Source: a virus. From it: a DNA stretch of 64,000 nt. Made by a program: the position numbers and the translations under genes. A model generated the notes under the pieces. It made no database searches. It was not told where the DNA came from and worked only from the letters and a program-made list of their open reading frames with translations. The DNA is taken from positions 28,056 to 92,055 of IMG/VR virus record IMGVR_UViG_3300035698_019240; one strand, 5' to 3'. Within the stretch, counting starts at the first letter, position 1; each line of letters opens with the position of its first letter. This document shows positions 17,858 through 28,000 of the stretch, piece after piece.

Positions 17858-19743
17858 TAATAAGCTCCTTGTACAGCTAGTGATGTTATTATATTATCCA
17901 CTTCATCAGGTATTGGTCTTTCACTATCACCACCACCTTGTATATTACTTATAGCAGTTACAACTGAAACATTACCTTCTTGTGTCATTATTTCTGTTTT
18001 TTCCATAGCTTTTAATTGTTTTTCTTGTATCTTTCTATTCATATCTGATACATTTTTTTTATCAATTATACTGGATTGTATAACTACTTTTTTCATTTTA
18101 TTTATTTCGGTAAAATCTGATTTTCTTTTTACCGATTGTGGTAAATCAACAACATCTGCAGGTAAAACTCTTTCACCTCTATGTAGATTAACAAGTCCTG
18201 TTTTAACTATATCTCCACCTATTCTTCTACTTGGTATTTCTGTGACTTCAAGCTCTCCTTCCTTTTTTACTTTTCCACCAAATCCAAACATTCCTTTTAA
18301 TTTACCGAACATTTCTTTACCAGGAATAAGATCAGTAAAAAAATTAATAAGATTTTCAGTGGCGTCTTTGATAAGATCCAAGAATGAGAAGTCTTCCCAC
18401 ATAGTTTTTATTCCGTCTAAACCAGTTTTCAAACTATCAATAGGATGAAAAAATACATCTAAGATTCCATGTATAAAAGATTCAGCTTTTTCTGTAACCA
18501 AATTTATCTTTTCAATAATGTGTTCCATTCCAAAATCAAGTTTAACACCTTTTAAAAAATCTTCTCCAAATACTTTTCTTGAAAGCCATAGTAATCCATT
18601 ACCTATCATTTCAGGTATTGCTAATATAGGATCTAATAATCCAGCTGACATACCGAGTAATTTATCTCTAATAGTATCACCTTGAAAAATACCTGTAACG
18701 GCCTTTACTATCATTTCTACAGGTAATAATACCTTACCTATTATTTTACCTACTGAGAAAAACTTTCCCATTTTTCCAAAAATCCCTGTAAATTTGGTAA
18801 TGAATTTCATTGTAGATTCCACGAATTTACCTTTCATTAAATTACCAGCTTTAGAGAATGTACCACTAACGGTCTTTGTAAATTTTGTAAGTGATTTTCC
18901 TATACTACGAGCCTTGAACTTATTCAGTTTGCCTCTCAGTTCCGTTATTCTATCAAATTTCCAGCCATGAAATGCTTCTTGCATCTTAAAAATTTTAGAG
19001 CCTATAATACCGTTACCACCAAACATACTTGTTATTTTACCAAGTTTTGTACCTACACCTGTTCTAAATTTTATTAATATTTTTCCAAAAGATTTATTAA
19101 ACTTTGTCAGTGTTTTTCCAAAAACTTTGTTAAATTTAGTCATGGACTTAAAGAATGGAGGAAAAACATCTTTGAACTTTGAAATATAACCTACTATAAT
19201 ACCTGAAAGTAATGCGCCTGTAAAAAGAAGATATTTAAACACACCATCATCTTTAAATCCTTTATCACTTTGAAGATCCCATCTCTTTTGTTCCATTTTA
19301 AAATGATCTACAATTTGTCCAAGCATGGTATTTCTATTTTTATCAGTTTTAGATTCTTCCTCGTCATCCTCACCTTTACCAAACAATGCTTTTCCAATAC
19401 CAACAGTCGATTTAAGTGAACCTATAGCAACACTACTAACTTTAGTTAATTCTGGACCTAATACATCAGATGTTTGAGAGGCGACCTCTCCAACAACTTT
19501 ATCCATATCTCCCTTTATTATATTAGATATTGCTGAGGCTGTTGCTGACATTTCTTTACCAGCAACCTCTGCTACTTGTTTTCCAACTTCATCACCAGCC
19601 TTTTTAACATCATTTTTTATTACATCAGAAGTGTTGGAGAATTTTTTTAATATTCCACTAAAAAATCCTCTTGTTTGTTTCTGTGATGTCTCATTAGCTT
19701 GTTTTTGATTTTGTAGAATTTTTTCTAATTCTTCGTTAGCCAT
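17857..19743 (-). CDS. Tape-measure protein (gp29 equivalent)
   Basis: Long helical Lys/Phe/Gly-rich protein with hydrophobic segments, downstream of tube and chaperone. Confidence 0.7.
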   Translation of the reverse strand: MANEELEKILQNQKQANETSQKQTRGFFSGILKKFSNTSDVIKNDVKKAGDEVGKQVAEVAGKEMSATASAISNIIKGDMDKVVGEVASQTSDVLGPELTKVSSVAIGSLKSTVGIGKALFGKGEDDEEESKTDKNRNTMLGQIVDHFKMEQKRWDLQSDKGFKDDGVFKYLLFTGALLSGIIVGYISKFKDVFPPFFKSMTKFNKVFGKTLTKFNKSFGKILIKFRTGVGTKLGKITSMFGGNGIIGSKIFKMQEAFHGWKFDRITELRGKLNKFKARSIGKSLTKFTKTVSGTFSKAGNLMKGKFVESTMKFITKFTGIFGKMGKFFSVGKIIGKVLLPVEMIVKAVTGIFQGDTIRDKLLGMSAGLLDPILAIPEMIGNGLLWLSRKVFGEDFLKGVKLDFGMEHIIEKINLVTEKAESFIHGILDVFFHPIDSLKTGLDGIKTMWEDFSFLDLIKDATENLINFFTDLIPGKEMFGKLKGMFGFGGKVKKEGELEVTEIPSRRIGGDIVKTGLVNLHRGERVLPADVVDLPQSVKRKSDFTEINKMKKVVIQSSIIDKKNVSDMNRKIQEKQLKAMEKTEIMTQEGNVSVVTAISNIQGGGDSERPIPDEVDNIITSLAVQGAY

Positions 19744-19753
19744 ATACTCTCCA

Positions 19754-19793
19754 TAAAAAAAGGTCTAAAGAACTGTACGCCCTTTAGACCTTT
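19754..19793 (-). terminator. Intrinsic terminator-like hairpin abutting the tape-measure SD
   Basis: AAAGGTCTAAAG-N11-CTTTAGACCTTT then T-run then GGAG. Confidence 0.65.
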
Positions 19794-19829
19794 AAAGTCC
19801 GTTGAGTTGCCTCAAGTGTGGCTTATTTA

Positions 19830-20009
19830 CTATAATTCAGATTCCTCTTTCAAGTCATTTTTTAACATATTAATGTAAGCTTCTCTTTCAAAGTCTGGTA
19901 AATAACTACTTTCAGTAATACTTATACCCGCTTTTCGCGATAGATAGTATTGTTCTTCCACAATAGTTTCAAGACTTACATTAGTAAACAGATTAACTAG
20001 ACGAAAAAA
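19830..20009 (-). CDS. -1 frameshift extension of tail chaperone (gp51-like C-terminal domain)
   Basis: ~57-codon open -1 frame begins at T TTT TTC (20003-20009): ...EEQYYLSRKAGISITESSYLPDFEREAYINMLK. Confidence 0.65.
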   Translation of the reverse strand, partial: FFRLVNLFTNVSLETIVEEQYYLSRKAGISITESSYLPDFEREAYINMLKNDLKEESEL

Positions 20010-20746
20010 CCTTCAGTAGGTACATTCACCGTTTCCTTTCTCTTACAATGGACACATTTAAAAATAAATTTAAATTCCATTCCAAAGTCATTATCTTTAT
20101 GCCATTTTTTAACTTTATCATAACCGTCTGTTGGACAATTTTCTAAAAGAAATTGTTTGTCCAATAACTCTGGTGCTTCTTTACCTTTAGGTGTTTTTAC
20201 AGATTCAATAGAAGCGGCATGTGTTAATATGGTCATTTCTGTATCTTTTTGTGTTTTAGTCATTTCATTATAACTTTCAATATTTTTAAGGGTTTCAAAT
20301 GCTTCAATATTATGTTTCCTTTTTATATATACAAGTTTTACAGAAATGTCTTTATCCACTTTTACCCATTGATCTACTTTTGTAGGTTTCTTAACCTTCA
20401 TTTTACCTATATCAATAGATTGAAGTGTGTCAGATTTACACTTTTTATTATTACATGTATGTGTAAATGTATATTTACTTCCTTTTGTTCTTTTTCTTAT
20501 TTCTACAAGAAGTTGAAATCTATCTTGTAAGTATAAATCCGTTATATCAAAATCTTCCGTTATGATAGCTGAGGACATTAGTTTATCTAATGCTTCCTCT
20601 ATTACCATAGGATCGGTTTCACCTTCATATGTCAAAAGAGTTTTCAATTGACCGGTAGTGATGGGTTTAAATTTAACCTTTTTACCACTACCTGGTAAAA
20701 CACAATCAAATTCATACACATTTAAAAATTCACGAAAATCACTCAT
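19997..20746 (-). CDS. T4 gp26/gp51-type baseplate hub / tail assembly chaperone
   Basis: LPGSGKKVKFKP, DLYLQD..LLVEIR, CxxC pairs, C-terminal EGFFV. Confidence 0.75.
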   Translation of the reverse strand: MSDFREFLNVYEFDCVLPGSGKKVKFKPITTGQLKTLLTYEGETDPMVIEEALDKLMSSAIITEDFDITDLYLQDRFQLLVEIRKRTKGSKYTFTHTCNNKKCKSDTLQSIDIGKMKVKKPTKVDQWVKVDKDISVKLVYIKRKHNIEAFETLKNIESYNEMTKTQKDTEMTILTHAASIESVKTPKGKEAPELLDKQFLLENCPTDGYDKVKKWHKDNDFGMEFKFIFKCVHCKRKETVNVPTEGFFV

Positions 20747-20777
20747 TATTATCTCCTACAATTTTTTTTTATTTTTT

Positions 20778-21296
20778 TTATTCTATAGTATGATATTGAT
20801 AACCAAATGTTATATCAAACTGTGCTGTATCATTTGAAGAATAATCTAATGTAACAGCACCCAAAGTTTTTGGATAACTGTGATGAAGTTTATAATCTAT
20901 TAATGATGCTCCATCCATGGATAAAAGCTGTAATCTTTGTACGGGTACCATATAATCATCTATACTACCATGTACATTTGTAACAGGATTATGTATTAGT
21001 GTTAACCAATTATTATATTTTTTTAAAATAGCAGCATCTTTATCAACATTAAATGTAACTGTAAAATCTGCAAAAGTATGTTTACCTGCCATCTTGAAAT
21101 CATATCCTTGCCAGTTCGTTGTTATATCTTCCAACGACATTTCTGGTAAAGTAGTACTTCGTACAAGATATGTAACTTTCTCACTTGTTAACCCTCCTGA
21201 AATAGCTCCAGGAAATGTAGGTAAGAAGTAGAAAAGGTACGCTCTTGCTCCGCCTTCAAAATTAGCTTTAAAACTTTCTATGTCAAAATTAGGCAT
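20778..21296 (-). CDS. Tail tube protein (gp19-like)
   Basis: GGARAYLF, KMAG..TFADFTVTF, YP..LGAVTLDY...FDITF.Y. Confidence 0.88.
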   Translation of the reverse strand: MPNFDIESFKANFEGGARAYLFYFLPTFPGAISGGLTSEKVTYLVRSTTLPEMSLEDITTNWQGYDFKMAGKHTFADFTVTFNVDKDAAILKKYNNWLTLIHNPVTNVHGSIDDYMVPVQRLQLLSMDGASLIDYKLHHSYPKTLGAVTLDYSSNDTAQFDITFGYQYHTIE

Positions 21297-21314
21297 GTTT
21301 TTCCTCCTTAATTA

Positions 21315-23078
21315 TTACGGTGTAACCGCCGTTACTAATTCTGTAAACGACGCACCTGTTTTAGTTGCGATAAAATTCAATACGATGAACTCAGAAGACC
21401 TGGTAGGCTTAACATAAATATCTAACCAAAGTTCATTACGATCAACTCTTTCTGGTGTATTATTTCTTTCATCACATACAACTAAGAAATCATAAACACC
21501 TCTTCTTGCTTTAACATCTCTCAAAAAAGGTTCTACCATATCAATTAAAAGAAGTCTTGTATAGTCATCATTAGGCTCAAATAAGAAATACTTAGCGGCT
21601 GTTGCTATAGCCTTCTCAAGAACTATAAATAATCTACGAACATTAATTCTATTGAATGCTGATGATTTATCTAATAGGTTCTTTTGACCCCATATAACTT
21701 TACCTTGACCAGAAAACGATACAACTGGGTTGATACCGTTCTTATAGAGAATGTCTCTATGTCCTTGGGTTGGATTCCATGCAAGTTTTCTAATGCCTGT
21801 TAGAATTGCTCTATTGAGTCCTGCTGGAGCGAACCAAGGATCACTAACATCATCCGTATTAGCAAAAATTCCTGCAGCATGTCCTGACATTGGAATCCAT
21901 CTATATTGTGCATTCCATTTATCATAAACATTCAACCAATTACCATAGAGAACAGCGTAACTTGTATTCTCATTAAGAGTTGTTGTTCTATAATCTCTAA
22001 GGTCAGTTGTTTCAGAACCTTTGTTATTTATTACTGATGTACTAAGACAATCAAGTATTGCAACTGAATCTAATCTAGCTTCACAAATCTCTATGAGGCT
22101 TGATTTTACTGTAGTTGATTTATTAGAGTCAATGAAAATATTAACATCAATTTCCTCAGGACTTTCATATAATTCAAATGCTTCAATAATGTTTGCATCT
22201 GATACAACATCAGCTACATGACTATCATCACTATTCTGACCACCGGCAAAACTTTGATAATCAAGATGACCCATAACGGATACATCAGTATTATTTGTTG
22301 CTGCCGATATAGCAACTCTTATATAATTAGATTCTTGATTGATTACATTTTCTATAAAAATATTTCTACCTTCATCATCTTTTTTATTTGGATCAACAGA
22401 TGTGTAAAATGTTTCTTTAACAGAATATGTAGTTTTCCCTTGACTCATAACACTTACAAGTATCATAAGATCAGTTGTTTCATCAAGTGTCATATCAACA
22501 TCAATTACATCATTGTAAAGTGTTGTTGAAAGACCTGTTGTGTTTAATGTATCGCCTGCGTTTGCTTTAACTTCATCAAATTTTGTTTTACCAAGAACAG
22601 CTACTCTTATGTTATTACCCCATGCACCTCTTGAAGAGGCAATGAATGCAATATTTGAAGTTAGTTCAGGAGAAGCTGCTCCGAACGCTTCATCAGCGAA
22701 TTCATCTGGATCTGTACTATCAAAATCACCTAAGATATAGGCGTTTGCTGTAGAGTATGATGTTGCTGTAGTACCAGATGCCGCAGATGTGTACATTCCG
22801 GAAAATGTTGAATCATCTGACATACATCTTGTACAATATAATGTGTTACCAAATTTTAAATATCCTGTCGCAGTAAGAATATCAACATATGATCTTGTTT
22901 CTGGTTCACCAAATATATCTATAAGTTCATCAACCGTGGTTATTAATTGTCTTTTTAACTCAGGACCTTTATAAGTGTCACGGAGTACAGTTACAGCAAT
23001 TGATGTTGCTACTGCTGGAATTGTTGTGGATAAGTCAATCTCGTTTACATCTACTAATGGGCTTAAATATAGTGCCAT
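21315..23078 (-). CDS. Contractile tail sheath (gp18-like)
   Basis: SP.V...EIDL, PWFAPAG.NR, RINVRRLF, FEPND, KP.RS.EFI.LNF. Confidence 0.95.
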   Translation of the reverse strand: MALYLSPLVDVNEIDLSTTIPAVATSIAVTVLRDTYKGPELKRQLITTVDELIDIFGEPETRSYVDILTATGYLKFGNTLYCTRCMSDDSTFSGMYTSAASGTTATSYSTANAYILGDFDSTDPDEFADEAFGAASPELTSNIAFIASSRGAWGNNIRVAVLGKTKFDEVKANAGDTLNTTGLSTTLYNDVIDVDMTLDETTDLMILVSVMSQGKTTYSVKETFYTSVDPNKKDDEGRNIFIENVINQESNYIRVAISAATNNTDVSVMGHLDYQSFAGGQNSDDSHVADVVSDANIIEAFELYESPEEIDVNIFIDSNKSTTVKSSLIEICEARLDSVAILDCLSTSVINNKGSETTDLRDYRTTTLNENTSYAVLYGNWLNVYDKWNAQYRWIPMSGHAAGIFANTDDVSDPWFAPAGLNRAILTGIRKLAWNPTQGHRDILYKNGINPVVSFSGQGKVIWGQKNLLDKSSAFNRINVRRLFIVLEKAIATAAKYFLFEPNDDYTRLLLIDMVEPFLRDVKARRGVYDFLVVCDERNNTPERVDRNELWLDIYVKPTRSSEFIVLNFIATKTGASFTELVTAVTP

Positions 23079-23133
23079 ATTATTTTTCTCCTTTTCATTA
23101 TGCAGTAATCTGCATAAGCATATTCATTACTAT

Positions 23134-23165
23134 TATTTATACTATTATTTATAAAATTATTTATA
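23134..23165 (-). promoter_or_regulatory. Three tandem T4-type late promoters
   Basis: TATAAATA x3 at 12-nt period upstream of sheath gene. Confidence 0.75.
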
Positions 23166-23173
23166 AAATTATC

Positions 23174-23683
23174 TTATTCAATAGCACGAATTTCAAATCT
23201 ATTATATACAAATGACGCCTGACATTCTAAAAGACTTTCACCTTCTCTTTGGGATAATGATACCTCGCCTAACATATTAGGCCAAACATCTACAAAAAAG
23301 ATTTTTAAAGTTTCATTGTGAAAATTATCAATAATTCTTAATGTTGCGTCTACTGTATAATTTTTATAATCTTCTGAAAATTTATCTTTAGAATTATTGA
23401 TGTACATTATCCATTTAAATAGTAACTGCCAGTTTTTAAATTCCGAATCAACAAGGAAATTTACATTCCATTGTTCCCATTCTGCTTTACCTGTAGCCTT
23501 TGTTCTTTTTGTTCCCATCCAATCATCAATACCTGTTTCTAATGTTAAACTAGGAATGATTGTTGAAAATATATTTAAAGTGAGTTCATCATTATCTTTA
23601 AAACCAGCAGCTCTTGGTATAAGAGGAAATACTAATTCAAAATTTGTTGGCGAACTTTTATTTACTTGTGTAGCGAGAGCCAT
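23174..23683 (-). CDS. Tail tube terminator/completion protein (gp3-like)
   Basis: PTNFEL, IPSLTL, VNFLVDSEFKNW..L.KWI. Confidence 0.75.
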   Translation of the reverse strand: MALATQVNKSSPTNFELVFPLIPRAAGFKDNDELTLNIFSTIIPSLTLETGIDDWMGTKRTKATGKAEWEQWNVNFLVDSEFKNWQLLFKWIMYINNSKDKFSEDYKNYTVDATLRIIDNFHNETLKIFFVDVWPNMLGEVSLSQREGESLLECQASFVYNRFEIRAIE

Positions 23684-23691
23684 TTATACTC

Positions 23692-24558
23692 CTATTGGTA
23701 GATGCTATCTAAAAATCCATCGTCACCAAATTCGGCAAGATGTGTATTTCCATGATTTTCATTACCATCAAATATTTCATAATCTAACATTTTACCTGCT
23801 TCTGTTTCCCATGGTGTGGAACCTTCTATTACTAATGATTCAGCTTCATGACCACTAGCACCAGATGTAAACATACTTGTAGGATCTTCATATCTATGTT
23901 CTTCCCAAGTATCTTTGTCCGTATAAAATCTTGTTATCATTTTCTCAACAACCCCACCATTAGTGCCTCCAAGAATTTCAAGAGGTTTAAACATGTATGT
24001 ATGAACCATAAAATCAATATTCCATTTTATAACTCTTGGTTCATCATCAGCCATGATATCGTTAACTTCAGGAGAGCAAGCCAGAAATATTACTTTGGTA
24101 TCAATAGATGCATCATATTCTGGAATATTAACTCTCATCATTATTTCAGGTGCAAAATAAGGAAGTATTTGCTCAAGTATTTGATCTACATCAACCATAT
24201 GAAGAGACCATAGACTTATTGTAAATGATATATTGTATGGTGTTGTATTAGGAAATCTTTCCAATCTACCAGCACTTGGTGTTGAACTCTTTAAAATAGT
24301 GCTTAATCTATTACCAAGTCTATCAGCTGCAAATTCAATAGAAGTTATTGATGCTGACATTATAGGAAGAACTTCTTCACTCTTTCTCTCATTTACCCAA
24401 TACCATATCTTCTCTTTAGGTCCATATTTTAATGGAACCTTTATTCTTGATCGTCTGCTTCCATCTCTGTTATATCTTACAATTTTGATATCATTGAAAA
24501 GATCCAAAAATTGGATTATATTTTTTCTTAGAATGTTATTATAATAGTATTTTTTCAT
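23692..24558 (-). CDS. Tail sheath stabiliser/completion (gp15-like)
   Basis: RK.II.F..LFNDI, KVPLKYGPKEK, DQILEQILPYF.P. Confidence 0.88.
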   Translation of the reverse strand: MKKYYYNNILRKNIIQFLDLFNDIKIVRYNRDGSRRSRIKVPLKYGPKEKIWYWVNERKSEEVLPIMSASITSIEFAADRLGNRLSTILKSSTPSAGRLERFPNTTPYNISFTISLWSLHMVDVDQILEQILPYFAPEIMMRVNIPEYDASIDTKVIFLACSPEVNDIMADDEPRVIKWNIDFMVHTYMFKPLEILGGTNGGVVEKMITRFYTDKDTWEEHRYEDPTSMFTSGASGHEAESLVIEGSTPWETEAGKMLDYEIFDGNENHGNTHLAEFGDDGFLDSIYQ

Positions 24559-24568
24559 TTATTAATTC

Positions 24569-25174
24569 CTAATAGCCGTAAGTCTCGGTATCTACATCTG
24601 AATAATCATCAATGACATCGGAAGCATCTTCTATAAATTCATTGTCTCCCCATGCTGAAATAGGAGCAGATTCGGTTATGTCTGCTGAATCTGATTGATC
24701 TGAGAATCTGAAAGGCTTTAAAATAAATTCCCATATTAATTTTTCCAATTGAAATATTTGTGATTCTTCATGAACATCTACAACCTCATATACTTGATTG
24801 TTCCAAAGAGTTTTCAATACATCTCCTGGTTTTGGACTGTAAGAACCAGATACATCTCTTGAGAAAGTAAATTTTGGTATTGAGGCAAATTGCACCATGT
24901 CCTCTGATGTTATACCAAATCCTGTGGTAGATGTTACTTCCTCTGTAGGTTCATATATAATTTTTGTTCTTAATGCATCCAAGTATTCTGTGTTTGTGGA
25001 CTCTCCATAGAGTTGGTCCATAGCAATACTTTCATCTCTGATATAATAATCTATAGCAATACCACTGATGTCCGTAAATTCTGTGATATAGCCTACGAAT
25101 AACTTATGCTCTGGATTGTCTTCCAGATCGTACATATTCCATTCAGGTTTACTACTTTCGAAAGGGTTAGCCAT
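24569..25174 (-). CDS. Neck/head completion protein (gp14-like)
   Basis: I.G..IDYY.R, D.LYGE, PKPGDVL, YEV..V.E. Confidence 0.8.
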   Translation of the reverse strand: MANPFESSKPEWNMYDLEDNPEHKLFVGYITEFTDISGIAIDYYIRDESIAMDQLYGESTNTEYLDALRTKIIYEPTEEVTSTTGFGITSEDMVQFASIPKFTFSRDVSGSYSPKPGDVLKTLWNNQVYEVVDVHEESQIFQLEKLIWEFILKPFRFSDQSDSADITESAPISAWGDNEFIEDASDVIDDYSDVDTETYGY

Positions 25175-25177
25175 TAA

Positions 25178-25875
25178 TTATACCTCTACTCCAGCATTTC
25201 TTAAAAAATCACGAAGGTCATTTCCTGCTTTAACAAACTTTTTTCTTAAAGTGTGAAACTTAGAATTTTTTATTTCTGAGAAATTACTATAATCCATAAA
25301 TCCATAACCAAATCCTTCATTATCCATAATACCTGATAAATCTTCAACATCCTCATCACTCAATTCTTTTTTTATAACTTCATTTATATACTCATCTATT
25401 TTTTCAGTTATCATTGTTGCTCCTTAATAAATATAACCTTTTAATTCATTTGTAGCTTTAATAAACTTTTTTCTTAAAGCGTGAAATTTTTTATCTTGTA
25501 TATTTTTAAAACTTGATCCAAAATCAAGAAATGCTTGTTCAAATCCTTCCTTCTCTATAATCGTATCTATATATTCAAAATCATCTTCACTCAATCCTTC
25601 GTTTAAATACTCATCTATTTTTTCTGTTATCATATTAATTTCCTTTTCTATAAAAAATCTATCATTGACTTTAGATGTTTAATTTCATTATCCATATTAT
25701 AAATTAAATCAAAAGCTTCCGCTTCCTTTCCACTTTTTATTTTCTTCTTTACATTATTTAACTGTTTAATAATATCATCTATCATATTAATTTTTCTTTT
25801 TTGACCGGTTTTCACTTCATCAACCTTTTTATCGTTAGCTTCATTTAAATATTCATCTATTTTTTCTGTTATCAT
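25178..25875 (-). CDS. Three small tandem genes (25178, 25424, 25648) starting MITEKIDEY(I/L)NE; putative internal head proteins
   Basis: Near-identical N-terminal leaders; the first two share KFHxLRKKF. Confidence 0.7.
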
Positions 25876-25876
25876 A

Positions 25877-26080
25877 TTAGTCAGCCTGTCTTTTCATCAA
25901 TTTTAGTAAAGATTCTATCTTATCCATTCTTTGTTCAAGTTTTTTAACTCTTTGTTCAAGGTTTGTACCTGGCGATCCACCATCTCTTCCAAACTCATCA
26001 ACCTTTTGTTCAGGTTTAATTATTTGTTTAATTGTTCCTTCACTCATCATTTTTTCATATGCTGATTGTACTTTATTCAT
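25877..26080 (-). CDS. Small late protein with C-terminal coiled coil
   Basis: LEQRVKKLEQRM; TATAAATA at 26091-26098. Confidence 0.6.
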   Translation of the reverse strand: MNKVQSAYEKMMSEGTIKQIIKPEQKVDEFGRDGGSPGTNLEQRVKKLEQRMDKIESLLKLMKRQAD

Positions 26081-26125
26081 TTTAAACTCCTATTTATATT
26101 TTCATCAATCTCATTATCCTTTATA

Positions 26126-26944
26126 TTACCCAAAAAGTATACCATATCCATCAAATGCCTCTTCCAGGTGTAATTTTTCCTCAAGAGCAAGAACTTTCTC
26201 ATTACCCTCGGAGATTAGAGAATCACCATCAAGTGATATTCCAACATTACCAATTGACGCAAAATTGGCAAATTTATTTCTGATGCGTCCAATAATTACC
26301 ATACTCTGTGCAAATGCATAATCTAATATCCAATCCTCACCATAAAAATCAGTATTACTGTCGCCAGTTTCCCAATCAGAATATGTAGATCCTTCAATCA
26401 TGTAACCCTTCAACAAAATAAATCCCGGTGAGTCAATCACTATTGTTCCACCTGATGCGTTTAATACCTCTAATGATGACCCAGAAGATGGTGCCGGATG
26501 AATTTCTAATTGATTTGAATATCGGTGATACTTCCAGTTATACGAATCAGGAGTATATTTTCTTAGCGTCTCCAAAAAGTCCAAAGCTATATGATAATCA
26601 ATCATAGAATATGGATTACCAGATGTTGTTCGCATACCATCATATAGTCCCTGATTATACATGTAATTGTCTATAGTAAACAGCGTATTAATCCCACCTG
26701 TAGAAAAGTCCGATAGATAGGCTACTATTTCAGTAACACCTATAGGTAGATCGTAAAAATTTTGACCACCAGAGAGTGCAATTGTGAAGAAAACCTCGTG
26801 TGTACTTTGTCCTACTGCCCATTTTATCCACTTTTGACGAGCAAAATCAATCGAATCAAAAATTTGTGAGTTATCTAACTCCACTTTTACCATGGGGTGT
26901 CCAAATCTTCTTCTTATTTTTTCCGCAAGTTCTATTTTTGTCAT
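26126..26944 (-). CDS. Neck/head-tail adaptor (gp13-like)
   Basis: RRFGHPMVKVELD..QI.D.I, WILDYA.A, G..R.KF, LDGD.L..EG. Confidence 0.88.
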   Translation of the reverse strand: MTKIELAEKIRRRFGHPMVKVELDNSQIFDSIDFARQKWIKWAVGQSTHEVFFTIALSGGQNFYDLPIGVTEIVAYLSDFSTGGINTLFTIDNYMYNQGLYDGMRTTSGNPYSMIDYHIALDFLETLRKYTPDSYNWKYHRYSNQLEIHPAPSSGSSLEVLNASGGTIVIDSPGFILLKGYMIEGSTYSDWETGDSNTDFYGEDWILDYAFAQSMVIIGRIRNKFANFASIGNVGISLDGDSLISEGNEKVLALEEKLHLEEAFDGYGILFG

Positions 26945-27208
26945 ATTATTTCCTTTATATTTTTATAAATAATTTTACCCGTTTTTTTACTGGATTTTTT
27001 AAAAATCCTCAAAAAAAGTAAACCTACCACTCATTATATTTATATAAAAAAATCTGAATATAAAAAAGTGTTTAAGTATTTTTAGTAAGTTTACTACCTG
27101 TCGTGGTAGTATATAATGGAGGTGGAATAAAAATAAATGGGTGTGAAAGTCCAAGTTTTATCATTTTAATTGGACTTACCACCACCTTACTAATATAAAG
27201 GATAATAA

Positions 27209-28000
27209 GTGAAATATAAAGATGGAATAGCAAAAGGATTAACGAAACATCCAACGATTGAAGGGATGTGGAGGGATAAAAATAGGAAACACTACCTTAT
27301 AGGTGTATGCCATCGTTGTGGCTCCAAAATGTTTTATTATAAGGGAAATAAGGGAAGTAAGGTGAAGAATAACTATTGTGATAAGAAATGTATCAGTAAA
27401 GACCGTGAGTTATCCGAAGAACATAAAAGAAATATAGGTAAAGCAAGGAAAGGTCGGAAACATTCAGAAGAAACTAAAAGGAAAATGAGTGAGGTAAAGA
27501 AAGGTTGTAAAGGTCGGAAACAGTCAGAAGAAACCAAAAAGAAGTTGAGTTCTTATATGCAAGGAAGGTATGTCGGAGATAAACATCCTTTTTATGGGAA
27601 GAAACACTCGGAGGAAAGTAAAAGGAAAATGAGTGTTTCTACTAGTGGTAAGAGTCATCCTTTGTATATAGACGGACAAGGTAATTACCCATACACATCC
27701 GACTTTACGAAGGAATTGAAGGTAAAAATAAAAGTAAGGGATGGTGGTGTTTGTCAAGGTCGTAAGTGTAGCAGTAAAAGTAAAAATTATTGCGTCCACC
27801 ACGTAGATAGAAACCATATAAATTGTAATGAGTGGAACCTGATTTATATTTGTTTATCGTGTAATATGAAGGCGGCCCATAATTTAATAAAGGATTATAT
27901 ATACTATACTTCTATAATGGGACATTTTGACCCAGGAGTGGTAGAAGCATTTGAAAGGATTGAATTGGAGAGGAAGCAAAGGAAGGTAAATAGAAATTAA
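27209..28000 (+). CDS. Freestanding HNH homing endonuclease with NUMOD3 repeats
   Basis: Repeated GRKHSEETKRKMS; RDG..CQ..C..VHHVD.N..N....NL..CxSC; antisense to late operon. Confidence 0.88.
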   Translation: MKYKDGIAKGLTKHPTIEGMWRDKNRKHYLIGVCHRCGSKMFYYKGNKGSKVKNNYCDKKCISKDRELSEEHKRNIGKARKGRKHSEETKRKMSEVKKGCKGRKQSEETKKKLSSYMQGRYVGDKHPFYGKKHSEESKRKMSVSTSGKSHPLYIDGQGNYPYTSDFTKELKVKIKVRDGGVCQGRKCSSKSKNYCVHHVDRNHINCNEWNLIYICLSCNMKAAHNLIKDYIYYTSIMGHFDPGVVEAFERIELERKQRKVNRN

